64,000 nucleotides of DNA, from the IMG/VR virus record IMGVR_UViG_3300028888_000052; one strand, 5' to 3'. Positions 52,703-62,102 of this stretch are shown here, piece by piece. The position numbers and the translations under genes are program-made. Origin of the DNA: a virus. Lineage: Duplodnaviria > Caudoviricetes. Every line of letters begins with the position of its first letter. Within the stretch, counting starts at the first letter, position 1. The notes beneath the pieces were generated by a model that saw only the letters and a program-made list of their open reading frames with translations, ran no database searches and was not told the DNA's origin.

Positions 52703-53878
52703 TTATTTCATTTTTTTCTTCATATCTTCAATCATTTTTTCAACTTCTTTACAATATTCATCTACATCATTAAATTTTTCTTTAGCAGATGATTTGTCAA
52801 AGTTCCATTTATCAAAGTCCTTTTCATCAAAATCTTCACCTTTATCTTTTGCTCTTTGTTTTGCTCTTTCAGTTGCTTTATCACCTTTTGCTTTATATTT
52901 GAATGCATCATAGAATGATTCATAAGCATGTGAACAATAAGATAAAAGTCGACCAACATCAAAGTATTCATCCATATTTTCAGGATTAGACATAATCTTT
53001 TCCATTGTGGCAATAGCTTCAGCATGAACTTTATTGATTCTTTCCATCAATTGTTTTGGATCTCCTTCAAGTTTCTTTGCTTTCATTTCTTTTACCATTG
53101 CTTGATAACGGGCTTTTTGTTCTTTAAGCATCTTCTTAAGAGATTCTTCATCATAATTAATTATACCTTTTTGTGAAGCAATACGTGTGTCATGAAGTTT
53201 GGTGTATTCTGCTTTCATATTATCAGTAATTTGAAGTACATAAACATCTAAACCACTAATTACCGTCATTGCTTCCTCAAACTTAAGAGATCTTTCACCA
53301 TATTTATATTTTGTTGCTGTTTTTTCTGTAACGGCATCTCTATTACCATATTTTGATTTGAATCCAAAAACTCTTACATCACCAGGAGTATTTGAATATC
53401 CTTTAATGAACATTACTACATTTTGAGTACCTGGTTCGCAACAAATAAAATTAGCTTGGTTTTTCTTTGAATAGCAATCCTTAAGTATTTTACTAAAAGT
53501 TTTGTCATCGGCACTAACTGATTTATATAGTTCAAAATCATCATCTTTAATTTCATTCCATTTAAGACCTTGTAAACCAGTTTTTTGATCACCATAACGT
53601 TGATGGAGTGTTATTGGGCCAAATATTGATGCAAATGATTTTGCCGTTTTACTTGGAGTACCAGAATAACCGTTATCTTTATAATGTTGTTCTGTTTTTC
53701 TATCATGTTCAGCATTATCCTTTTCTGCATCTTGAATAGCTTTAGCAAGAGCTTTTAAAATAGAAGCTTTAAAACTTTCATTAATTTGAAGAACTTCTTC
53801 TCCTTCAAGTATAGCATATTCTTCTAAGACTTGTTTCATATACACAGCCTTATTCAATGATTCATATAAACTTTGCAT
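52703..53878 (-). CDS. Putative internal head protein
   Basis: MQSLYESLNK...ILEG..VLQINES leader; isolated - strand gene preceded by the late motif. Confidence 0.55.
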   Translation of the reverse strand: MQSLYESLNKAVYMKQVLEEYAILEGEEVLQINESFKASILKALAKAIQDAEKDNAEHDRKTEQHYKDNGYSGTPSKTAKSFASIFGPITLHQRYGDQKTGLQGLKWNEIKDDDFELYKSVSADDKTFSKILKDCYSKKNQANFICCEPGTQNVVMFIKGYSNTPGDVRVFGFKSKYGNRDAVTEKTATKYKYGERSLKFEEAMTVISGLDVYVLQITDNMKAEYTKLHDTRIASQKGIINYDEESLKKMLKEQKARYQAMVKEMKAKKLEGDPKQLMERINKVHAEAIATMEKIMSNPENMDEYFDVGRLLSYCSHAYESFYDAFKYKAKGDKATERAKQRAKDKGEDFDEKDFDKWNFDKSSAKEKFNDVDEYCKEVEKMIEDMKKKMK

Positions 53879-53938
53879 ATTTATAAAAATTATATTTAAT
53901 TTTATTTATTAAAAATAATTATTTTCAAAACAATAAAA

Positions 53939-53980
53939 TTGAATTTTTACATATAATTTCTATATTATATTTGTAAAAAC
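53939..53980 (+). promoter_or_regulatory. Early phage promoter
   Basis: TTGAA-N16-CTATATT-ATATT-TGTAAAAAC. Confidence 0.75.
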
Positions 53981-53993
53981 AAAGAGTATAGAT

Positions 53994-54266
53994 ATGGCAC
54001 AAATTTATCCTTATTATGTAGTAGCTCGTATTGATGCAGGTCAAATGGTAAAAATCTTTCATGATAAGAAGTTTAATTCTTACATGGCAGCTGTAGATGC
54101 TATGAATAGAAAATATGAGTCATTAAGAAAGGTTTATAACAGAAATCTAATGGAGGATTCTCAAATTGTTATTTTAGAATATACTAAACAATATCAAGGA
54201 AAAATTTGTACAATATATAGCTTTAATAAACGAATTCAAATAAGTGATCCAGAGGAGGCAATATGA
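53994..54266 (+). CDS. Hypothetical early protein
   Basis: ORF after promoter. Confidence 0.55.
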   Translation: MAQIYPYYVVARIDAGQMVKIFHDKKFNSYMAAVDAMNRKYESLRKVYNRNLMEDSQIVILEYTKQYQGKICTIYSFNKRIQISDPEEAI

Positions 54267-54456
54267 TAATTAAAACGGCACATGGTAGACGTAGTGGAAT
54301 CCATGCTAAAGAACATATAAAATATAAACCATTCGGGATTTATATTACTAGACCAGAAATTCCACCATTTGGTAGAGGTAAATATATGAAAGGAATTTAT
54401 TATCTTAATTTTAGGTGGAAACTTAAGATATTTCAAATAATGTTTAATTTTAATAA

Positions 54457-55152
54457 ATGAATAAGCCAATTAGAAATATACTTTGTTATTCTCATTATGA
54501 TTTTGATAATATAATGAGAGATCACTGTTGGACAGATAAACTTCCTGAAGGGGTTTCTGCAATATCAATATGTTCTCCAAATGAGGGTGATCTAGCAGAA
54601 CATTGGTTTAAGAAAGAGCATAAAGATGGATTAACTAGTTCAAGAGTATTTAATCTTGATATTGATGATTTAAGTCCATTTTGGTTTGAAAATCATGAAA
54701 GTAAATGTTATGATGATGCTTTAGATTTATTTAATGATGGAAAAATTAAAGAGTCAAACAGATATTTCAACTATCTCTATATATCTGGTCCAAACAGAGA
54801 ATGGGTGGATATTGTACATGCTCTTGACTATGAAGAAGCATTTGACCTCGCAAAATGGATTGATTTTAGAATCAAACATGATGAAACAATTTATATACAC
54901 TGCGCAGTCGGGGCTTCAAGAAGTCAAGGTGTTGTAAGATATATTGTTGATACTTATAAATATGATTATGATATTAGATTGAATCCAAACAATCCTAATA
55001 ATACATATAATCCACATGTATTGATGATGTTGAAACGTGCATATATGAATAGTGATTTTTATTCTTGTATAACACGTGATGATGAACATGATTATTTGAA
55101 TTATACAGAACCAATGAAGTTTAATAAAGATATTAAAATCAATTTAGTATGA
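54457..55152 (+). CDS. Protein tyrosine/dual-specificity phosphatase-like protein
   Basis: CX5R loop IYIHCAVGASRS; AISI; PNxxV-like end (YNPHVL). Confidence 0.8.
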   Translation: MNKPIRNILCYSHYDFDNIMRDHCWTDKLPEGVSAISICSPNEGDLAEHWFKKEHKDGLTSSRVFNLDIDDLSPFWFENHESKCYDDALDLFNDGKIKESNRYFNYLYISGPNREWVDIVHALDYEEAFDLAKWIDFRIKHDETIYIHCAVGASRSQGVVRYIVDTYKYDYDIRLNPNNPNNTYNPHVLMMLKRAYMNSDFYSCITRDDEHDYLNYTEPMKFNKDIKINLV

Positions 55153-55343
55153 CAGATATAAAAGCAATTGCAGAAGAATTAGTTAATCTAACAGCACAAG
55201 AAGTAAATGAACTTGCTATGGTTATGAAACATGATATGGATATACCAGCAGTTCGTTATGAAGAACCCAAATATAGAGATAATAAAAATCTTACACCAAA
55301 GCAATATGGTCAAATGAAAAATTATAAACACAATAAAAGATAA
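55149..55343 (+). CDS. Ribosomal protein bL12 (L7/L12) N-terminal-domain-only protein
   Basis: MTDIKAIAEELVNLTAQEVNELA.VMK....I matches the Bacteroidota bL12 N-terminus; no C-terminal domain. Confidence 0.75.
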   Translation: MTDIKAIAEELVNLTAQEVNELAMVMKHDMDIPAVRYEEPKYRDNKNLTPKQYGQMKNYKHNKR

Positions 55344-55545
55344 TAATATGACTAATAAAGAATTGATGATTGCCTATAAAGTTATTTCTAAAATGATGAA
55401 AGAAAATACAAGAGCAAGTTATAACAATTCATTTGTAACTGTAAAGAATTGTTTAGCTAATAAAATTTGTGAGCAATTAGAAGATGGCCAGCAATTTTAA
55501 TAAGGAATAACTAATACGAAAATCCTAATTATATTAAAGTAGTCG

Positions 55546-55571
55546 AAAGAAGAGATTAATTTCTCTTCTTT
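55546..55571 (+). terminator. Terminator hairpin
   Basis: AAAGAAGAGA-ttaatt-TCTCTTCTTT. Confidence 0.65.
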
Positions 55572-55606
55572 TGTTCTATATTATATTATAAATAAATATT
55601 TAGAAT

Positions 55607-56665
55607 ATGGAACAGAAAGATTATTTAATCATTTATCATAGAGAAGATAATGATGGTGTATTTTCTGCTGCTATTATAGAAGATTATATCATTAATTCTC
55701 TTGGTAAAAACCTCGAAGATTTAGTATTTTTAGGTGCAGATTATAATATGCTTAATGGTTTTATTAAGGATAGTTATAATACTCCTGAGCAATTACATAA
55801 AGATTTTAAGCATATTGTCATGACTGACATTTCATTTAATGATACCAAGTTCATGAAGAAACTTTATAAAGAGTTTGGTTCTGATTTTATATGGATTGAC
55901 CATCATGCACCTATAATTCAAGAATCTATTAAGATGAATTTTGATGAGATTCCTGGAGTACGTGATACACAACGTTCAGCTATTCTTAATGCTTGGAAAT
56001 TTTTATATGATCCATTTGATGAAGCTTACAAAGAAAAGAAAGTACCTGAATTACTTCGAATTTTGTCAGGTTGGGATTCTTGGTCATATGAAAGAGAAGG
56101 TTACACTAATGATTATGTAAGAAATATTAATAAAGCTGTAACTATCAAGTATCATTTGTCATTAAGTGAAGCTCGTAAAATTGTACATGATTTGGTTAAT
56201 GTATATGTTAAGAATGAGCCTTCCGGTAATATGTCAGGAGTTTTTAAGGATGGACCACTTATTGAACAACTTCATGAATATGGAAAACAACTTAATGATT
56301 ATGATGATATAACTAATAGAAGTATTATTGAAATATCAGGAGATAAATCTTGGGAATTAGTCATTCATGATAAAGATTTAGACGAGACAAAAGTTCGTAA
56401 GTGTTGTGCAATATTCCATCAAGGTGCTACCAATTCATTAATGTTCAAATCATTACATAATACTGATATTAGAAATGGTATAGTGTTTAAGCATAACCCA
56501 AGTGGTACATGGACAATATCATTATATAATATTAATGATGATGATTGGTTCCACTGTGGAGAATATTGTAAAGAAACTTATGGTGGTGGAGGGCATAAAG
56601 GAGCTGCTGGTTGTCAAGTTTCTGAATCACAATTTATTAAGATTCTTAAAGCTAAGAAGATATAA
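55607..56665 (+). CDS. DHH/DHHA1 phosphoesterase
   Basis: YHREDNDG, MTDIS, WIDHH, GGGHKGAAG. Confidence 0.9.
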   Translation: MEQKDYLIIYHREDNDGVFSAAIIEDYIINSLGKNLEDLVFLGADYNMLNGFIKDSYNTPEQLHKDFKHIVMTDISFNDTKFMKKLYKEFGSDFIWIDHHAPIIQESIKMNFDEIPGVRDTQRSAILNAWKFLYDPFDEAYKEKKVPELLRILSGWDSWSYEREGYTNDYVRNINKAVTIKYHLSLSEARKIVHDLVNVYVKNEPSGNMSGVFKDGPLIEQLHEYGKQLNDYDDITNRSIIEISGDKSWELVIHDKDLDETKVRKCCAIFHQGATNSLMFKSLHNTDIRNGIVFKHNPSGTWTISLYNINDDDWFHCGEYCKETYGGGGHKGAAGCQVSESQFIKILKAKKI

Positions 56666-56687
56666 GAATAATTAAAATATGTTAAAT

Positions 56688-56715
56688 AAAGGTTGATTTC
56701 AAAGTCAACCTTTTT
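56688..56715 (+). terminator. Intrinsic terminator
   Basis: AAAGGTTGATTT-c-AAAGTCAACCTTTTT. Confidence 0.7.
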
Positions 56716-56879
56716 CTATTTTAAATTGATTATCTAATCACAAAAATTTTAACAATTATTTACGAAATATTATTAAATTTTAATTAAATAATATATGGAT
56801 TTAAAATCTATGTATTGAATATTTTTATATACTATCCTATTAAAATGATAGAATTTGACAAAAATATTAACGAATATGA

Positions 56880-59444
56880 ATGATTATAATTAAACGAGAT
56901 GGTACTCCCCAAGAATATTCTTTCTTGAAAATCGCGGATGCCGTACATAAAGCGTTTGCTTCGGTAGACCAAGATGTTCCAGATAAGTTTCTTGAGCAAG
57001 TAAAAGATTCAGTAGAAAAGCTAATTATCAAAAACAATGGTAATGGTACGGGTATAGAAGAAATTCAAGATTGCATTCAAAATGAGCTTATTAAGCGTAA
57101 TAAGTTTGAAGTTGTAGAATCATTTATTGCATATCGTAAAGAACGTGAACGTATTCGTTTGGAAAATACCGATTTGATTAAACAAATTGAAGAAAAGCTT
57201 TATGCAACAAATGTACAAAACCAAAATGCTAATTTAGATGAAGACTCTTTTGGTGGTCGTTTAGGAGAAACTTCAGGTGTTGTCGCTAAAGATAGAGCTC
57301 TTAAGAAGATGTCTAAAATTGGTCGTAAGAATCATGAAGGAAATATGGTTTATATCCATGACTTAGATCATTGGTTAGTAGGTGATCACAACTGCTTGTC
57401 ATATCCATTTGATAGTAAACTTAAAGATGGTGTTGTTACAAGACAAACTGATGTTAGAACAGCCGGTTCAATTAATACTGCTATGCAACTTGTTGCTGTT
57501 AATTTCCAATTACAATCATTACAACAATTTGGTGGTGTTGCTGCTACACATATTGACTGGTCTATGGTACCTTACGTCCGTAAATCATATAGAAAACACT
57601 ATATCTTTGATTGGATTAAGAAACAACCAGAATTTTCAGATCTTGATATTTTAGGTTTAACATATGAAGAGCTTAAACACTGGGTTGAAAATATGATTAC
57701 TAAGTTTTATTTAACTACAAAACTTAAGGATGAAGATTTTACATTTGCTAATAAGAATCTTGATAATCAATTACGTCAAGAATCATTATTAGATACAAAA
57801 CAAGAAACATACCAAGCGGTTGAAGGTATGTATCATAATTTAAATACTCTTCAATCACGTTCAGGTAATCAACTTCCATTTACTTCTATAAATTATGGTA
57901 CTTGTACAGAATTAGAAGGACGTATGGTAACTAAAGCCCTTCTTGAAGTTTCTATAGAAGGACTTGGTAAACATGGTGTAACATCAATATTCCCTTGTGG
58001 AATTTTTCAAATTAAAAAAGGAGTTAATTTCAAACCAGGTGATCCGAACTATGATTTGAAGCGTCTTGCATTGAAATCAACAACTATGCGTATTTATCCT
58101 AACTATGCTAATTGTGATTGGTCAAATCAAGTAAATTGGTTTAATGCTGATAGAAAACAAAAACAAGAATATATTGAGTCATTATCTGATCATGATTATG
58201 TACAATTGACAAGTGCTATTGAAGATGAACCAAAAATATGTTTTGATAAAGTTGGTTTATATGTTGATGATAGTAAACGAATTCGTGTAGATATGACAGA
58301 ACGTCCTATTGAATATTTCTCTACAATGGGTTGTCGTACTGTAAATGGTCTTGATATTAATGCATTTGATAATTTCAAGAGAAACGTACAATGCATTATG
58401 GATGGTAGATATGATGATATAGATGATGTGTTCTCAAGTGTTATTAAAGATGGTCGTGGTAATATTTGTCCTACAACAATTATTATGCCAACACTTGCAG
58501 CTATGACTCGTAAGAAACTTGAAAAGAAATGGGAAGATTCTGGTGCTGAATATGTTAAAGGACCTGAATATGAAGAAATGATGTTCTCTGAATTTATGAA
58601 ACTTCTCGACAAGAAGATTCATGAGGCTAAAGATATGTTACTTGAACGTTTCAATCATATTTGTTCACAATCACCAAAATCTGCTCGTTATATGTATGAA
58701 AATCATACTATGGCTGGATATCATGAAGAAGAAGGAATTATTTCAGCTCTTAAGCATGGTACAATTGTTATTGGTCAATTAGGTATGGCCGAAACTCTTC
58801 AACTTTTATTTGGTTATGATCATACTACAAATAAAGGAATGGAATATGCTAAGAAGATTGAACAATTATTCTTAGATAGAACCTCAGAATTCAAAAAAGA
58901 ATATAAACTCAATTTTGGTGTTTATTATACTCCTGCTGAATCATTATGCCATACAGCTATGAAGAAATTCCGTAAAGCATTCCCTCAATATTGTCTTGAA
59001 AATGTAACATATTACATTAAGAAAGATGGTGAAAAGAAAGAGAAAGAATATTTTACAAACTCTATTCATGTACCAGTTTATTATGAATGTGATCCATTTA
59101 AGAAGATTGATATTGAAAGTCAATTGACAACTTATTCAAATGCCGGTTGTATTACTTATGTAGAGTTACCAAGTATATCATTCAATAATATAGATGGTGT
59201 TGAAAAAATAGTTGATTATGCTATTGAACATGATATCCCTTATTTTGCATTGAATTTCCCTCTTAATAGATGTGCAAGATGTGGTGAACCTATTTATGAT
59301 TCTGATTTAGAAGAATGTCCAAAATGTGGTTGCAAGAAAATAATTAGATTAGGTCGTGTAACTGGTTATCTTTCTACAACAGTTGAACATTTTAATAAAG
59401 GTAAACAAGATGAATTTTATGATAGAGTAAAACACATGAAATAA
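56880..59444 (+). CDS. nrdD: Anaerobic (class III) ribonucleoside-triphosphate reductase with ATP cone
   Basis: IIKRDG ATP cone, YIHDLD, HNC, TMGCRT, TPAESL, YFTNS, CxxC...CPxCG, glycyl-radical motif RVTGYL. Confidence 0.95.
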   Translation: MIIIKRDGTPQEYSFLKIADAVHKAFASVDQDVPDKFLEQVKDSVEKLIIKNNGNGTGIEEIQDCIQNELIKRNKFEVVESFIAYRKERERIRLENTDLIKQIEEKLYATNVQNQNANLDEDSFGGRLGETSGVVAKDRALKKMSKIGRKNHEGNMVYIHDLDHWLVGDHNCLSYPFDSKLKDGVVTRQTDVRTAGSINTAMQLVAVNFQLQSLQQFGGVAATHIDWSMVPYVRKSYRKHYIFDWIKKQPEFSDLDILGLTYEELKHWVENMITKFYLTTKLKDEDFTFANKNLDNQLRQESLLDTKQETYQAVEGMYHNLNTLQSRSGNQLPFTSINYGTCTELEGRMVTKALLEVSIEGLGKHGVTSIFPCGIFQIKKGVNFKPGDPNYDLKRLALKSTTMRIYPNYANCDWSNQVNWFNADRKQKQEYIESLSDHDYVQLTSAIEDEPKICFDKVGLYVDDSKRIRVDMTERPIEYFSTMGCRTVNGLDINAFDNFKRNVQCIMDGRYDDIDDVFSSVIKDGRGNICPTTIIMPTLAAMTRKKLEKKWEDSGAEYVKGPEYEEMMFSEFMKLLDKKIHEAKDMLLERFNHICSQSPKSARYMYENHTMAGYHEEEGIISALKHGTIVIGQLGMAETLQLLFGYDHTTNKGMEYAKKIEQLFLDRTSEFKKEYKLNFGVYYTPAESLCHTAMKKFRKAFPQYCLENVTYYIKKDGEKKEKEYFTNSIHVPVYYECDPFKKIDIESQLTTYSNAGCITYVELPSISFNNIDGVEKIVDYAIEHDIPYFALNFPLNRCARCGEPIYDSDLEECPKCGCKKIIRLGRVTGYLSTTVEHFNKGKQDEFYDRVKHMK

Positions 59445-59462
59445 TTTATCTATTTTATATTT

Positions 59463-59744
59463 ATGAGTAGATCTATTGTTTCAAGAAGACATAAAAATGC
59501 TGTTATCATGAAATTATGGGGTGGAGACTCCGATAAAAAAGATAAACAAAAAGCAAATAGATCTTTTAGACGTCTATCTCGTATGGACGCTAAAAGATCT
59601 ACTTTATTAGAAGAAGATGCATTTAAGTATTATGATATGAAAGAAATATCAGATACATGGTCATTTAGATCTGATGGTTTATCTCATTACTGGGATATAT
59701 CGAATTATGATAAAGAAGAATTTAATAGGTTAAAAAGCAAATGA
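59463..59744 (+). CDS. Hypothetical basic protein
   Basis: ORF between nrdD and nrdG. Confidence 0.55.
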   Translation: MSRSIVSRRHKNAVIMKLWGGDSDKKDKQKANRSFRRLSRMDAKRSTLLEEDAFKYYDMKEISDTWSFRSDGLSHYWDISNYDKEEFNRLKSK

Positions 59745-59893
59745 TAGTATATAATAAGAAAACAAATAAACTTGAAGCTTCCGGTCCTGGAGGATATAAT
59801 GGTTTACCATTTGATAATGGTTGCGGAGGTATAGTTATTTGTTTTATTTTACTAATTTTAATGTTGATAGGAATAAAATATAATTTAATTTAG
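59741..59893 (+). CDS. 50-aa membrane protein
   Basis: Manually translated MIVYNKKTNKLEASGPGGYNGLPFDNGCGGIVICFILLILMLIGIKYNLI; TAG stop 1 nt before the nrdG ATG. Confidence 0.45.
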   Translation: MIVYNKKTNKLEASGPGGYNGLPFDNGCGGIVICFILLILMLIGIKYNLI

Positions 59894-59894
59894 C

Positions 59895-60395
59895 ATGCTT
59901 AGAATAGTAGATATAACTGCACCAGATATAAATAATGGAAATGGATTAAGAGTAACTTTATGGGTTGCTGGATGTAATCATAGATGTAAAGGATGTCATA
60001 ATGCTTGGACATGGAAATATGAACAAGGTAGAGTTTTTTCTGAAGAGCAAAATAAGATATTTGAAGAACTATCAGAATGGTTAGATAGAGATTATATAGA
60101 AGGATTAACATTATCTGGTGGAGATCCGTTGGCTCAAGATAACGATGGTCTTTGTGAACTTTATTCAATCATTAAATGGTTTAAAGAAAAATACCCTACA
60201 AAAAATATTTGGCTTTATACTGGATATACTAAAGAAGAAATTGATAGTATGAATGATTATATCTTACATAAAATAGTTGATTCTATCAATGTTTTAGTAG
60301 ATGGTCCTTATATAGAAGAAAAAAGAGATATCGCCCATACTCCATTTAGAGGAAGTACTAATCAAAGGTTAATTTACATAAATAATCAAAAATAA
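59895..60395 (+). CDS. nrdG: Anaerobic RNR activating enzyme (radical SAM)
   Basis: NGNGLRVTLWVAGCNHRCKGCHN, LTLSGGDPL, WLYTGY, VLVDGPY, FRGSTNQR. Confidence 0.95.
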   Translation: MLRIVDITAPDINNGNGLRVTLWVAGCNHRCKGCHNAWTWKYEQGRVFSEEQNKIFEELSEWLDRDYIEGLTLSGGDPLAQDNDGLCELYSIIKWFKEKYPTKNIWLYTGYTKEEIDSMNDYILHKIVDSINVLVDGPYIEEKRDIAHTPFRGSTNQRLIYINNQK

Positions 60396-60438
60396 TTTAT
60401 TTTTAAATAGATAAATTGAATTATATTAAAAATATGTT

Positions 60439-61143
60439 ATGATTATTAAATCGAAAATTCCTATTTTTATAGTAGTAGATACACATACACCAGAGATTAA
60501 GAAGTTGAATGTTGCATTATTACCTTATGCATTTTATTATGTAAAAATATTGCAAACTCTTGAAAGAGTTGTTATTATAGCAGAAGATGATGAGGTATTG
60601 GAATATGCGCAAAAATTAGGATTTAAGTATACTTATAAAACAAAGAACCAAAGTACTAAATATACTTTAAGATATACAGGTATATATAATCATATGATGG
60701 AATTTCCGACAGATTATGATTGGTTTATCGCTCTTAGATTAGACCAACCATTTAAATCTGAAAATCTTATTTTAGATGCTATTCGTGGAATAAAATGGGA
60801 TTTGGATTTTATAGTATCTACTTCTAAAATGACTGATAGAGAAAGATTGTTTATTAATGAAGATAATAAATTTATACAATTGATAAATAATTCTAATAGA
60901 AATTTTGAAGAATGTGTGGTTACTGATATGGTGGATCTTTCAGTACTTTGTATTAAAACTGAATTTTTTAAAAAGTGTGTAGAATCAAATGATTTCTATG
61001 GAACTCTTTGGACCGGTAAATTTGAAACAATTAAAAATGATTCAATGTTTATACAAATTTTAGGGCACCATCACACAGAAAGATTTGAGAAGGTACACGA
61101 TATATTTATGGAGGTACAAAAACTCCCAAAATTTGGAGAATAA
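60439..61143 (+). CDS. Divergent cytidylyltransferase-like protein (NeuA/KdsB fold)
   Basis: KKLN...L..Y, VVIIAEDDEVLEYAQKLG, FIALRLDQPFKS; the canonical PAR..S.R motif is degenerate. Confidence 0.5.
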   Translation: MIIKSKIPIFIVVDTHTPEIKKLNVALLPYAFYYVKILQTLERVVIIAEDDEVLEYAQKLGFKYTYKTKNQSTKYTLRYTGIYNHMMEFPTDYDWFIALRLDQPFKSENLILDAIRGIKWDLDFIVSTSKMTDRERLFINEDNKFIQLINNSNRNFEECVVTDMVDLSVLCIKTEFFKKCVESNDFYGTLWTGKFETIKNDSMFIQILGHHHTERFEKVHDIFMEVQKLPKFGE

Positions 61144-61164
61144 ATAATTTGATTATTATATCAT

Positions 61165-61196
61165 AAAGCCTTACATAAATTTTATGTAAGGTTTTT
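61165..61196 (+). terminator. Intrinsic terminator
   Basis: AAAGCCTTACATAAA-t-TTTATGTAAGGTTTTT. Confidence 0.75.
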
Positions 61197-61228
61197 CTAT
61201 TTTAAAATTTAGATAAATTATATTAAAT

Positions 61229-62071
61229 ATGGAAAATATACATACAATTGTTATTCCGGATATACATGGCAGAAAATTCTGGAAAGATATATTAACAAAA
61301 TATAATAAAGAAGATTACCAAAATTTACCAATTGTATTTTTGGGTGATTATGTTGACCCTTATGATTTTGAAGGAATTTCTAAAGAAGATGCCATAATTA
61401 ATTTCCAAGAAATAATCGATGTGGCTAAAAATGATAATCGTATTCATTTGTTAATAGGTAATCATGATATGCATTATTGGTATGATGCCCAATATAAATG
61501 TAGAGTAGATACAAGAAATTATAATGAAATTAAAGATATGTTCTTGCAAAACTTTACTTTATTTAATGTGGCATATGAAGAAATAATTGATGGTGAAAAA
61601 TTTCTTTATACTCATGCTGGTATGACTAAACAATGGTTAGACCATTTGCATCTTATTGGTAAAATATCTGTAGAAAATAATAAGAAATTTAGAATTGATC
61701 ACTTTGGTAATAAAGTAAAACAACTATCAGATGAACAATTACCATTTGCAAAGATGCTTAAATCAATGACACCTGATGCAGATAAATTAAACAAAATGAA
61801 AGATAATTTTCAAGGTCAAGCAAATCTTTGGATGGCATCATGGGCTCGTGGTGGAGAACATCAAATGGGTAGTTGTATTTGGGAAGATTTATCAGAATGG
61901 AAATTTGGCGGAACAGAAATTCCTGGTATTTGGCAAGTATTTGGCCATTCAAGATGGTCTAAACCTAATCCAGATGATGCTTATATAGATTTTGATAGAA
62001 AATTTGCATGTGTTGATACAGCTTCTGGATGGATTATTACAAATAACAAAGAATTTATTAAGATACAATAA
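61229..62071 (+). CDS. Calcineurin-like metallophosphoesterase, paralog of 46768-47532
   Basis: PDIHG, GDYVD, LIGNHDMHY, THAG, QVFGHS. Confidence 0.9.
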   Translation: MENIHTIVIPDIHGRKFWKDILTKYNKEDYQNLPIVFLGDYVDPYDFEGISKEDAIINFQEIIDVAKNDNRIHLLIGNHDMHYWYDAQYKCRVDTRNYNEIKDMFLQNFTLFNVAYEEIIDGEKFLYTHAGMTKQWLDHLHLIGKISVENNKKFRIDHFGNKVKQLSDEQLPFAKMLKSMTPDADKLNKMKDNFQGQANLWMASWARGGEHQMGSCIWEDLSEWKFGGTEIPGIWQVFGHSRWSKPNPDDAYIDFDRKFACVDTASGWIITNNKEFIKIQ

Positions 62072-62102
62072 TTAACAGATTTTAACACTATTATATACAG
62101 AG

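Noticed and set aside
56880-59444. Intein or intron in nrdD
   Set aside because: Single open frame; the insertions are short and lack C/S...HN-C/S/T splice motifs or homing-endonuclease motifs.
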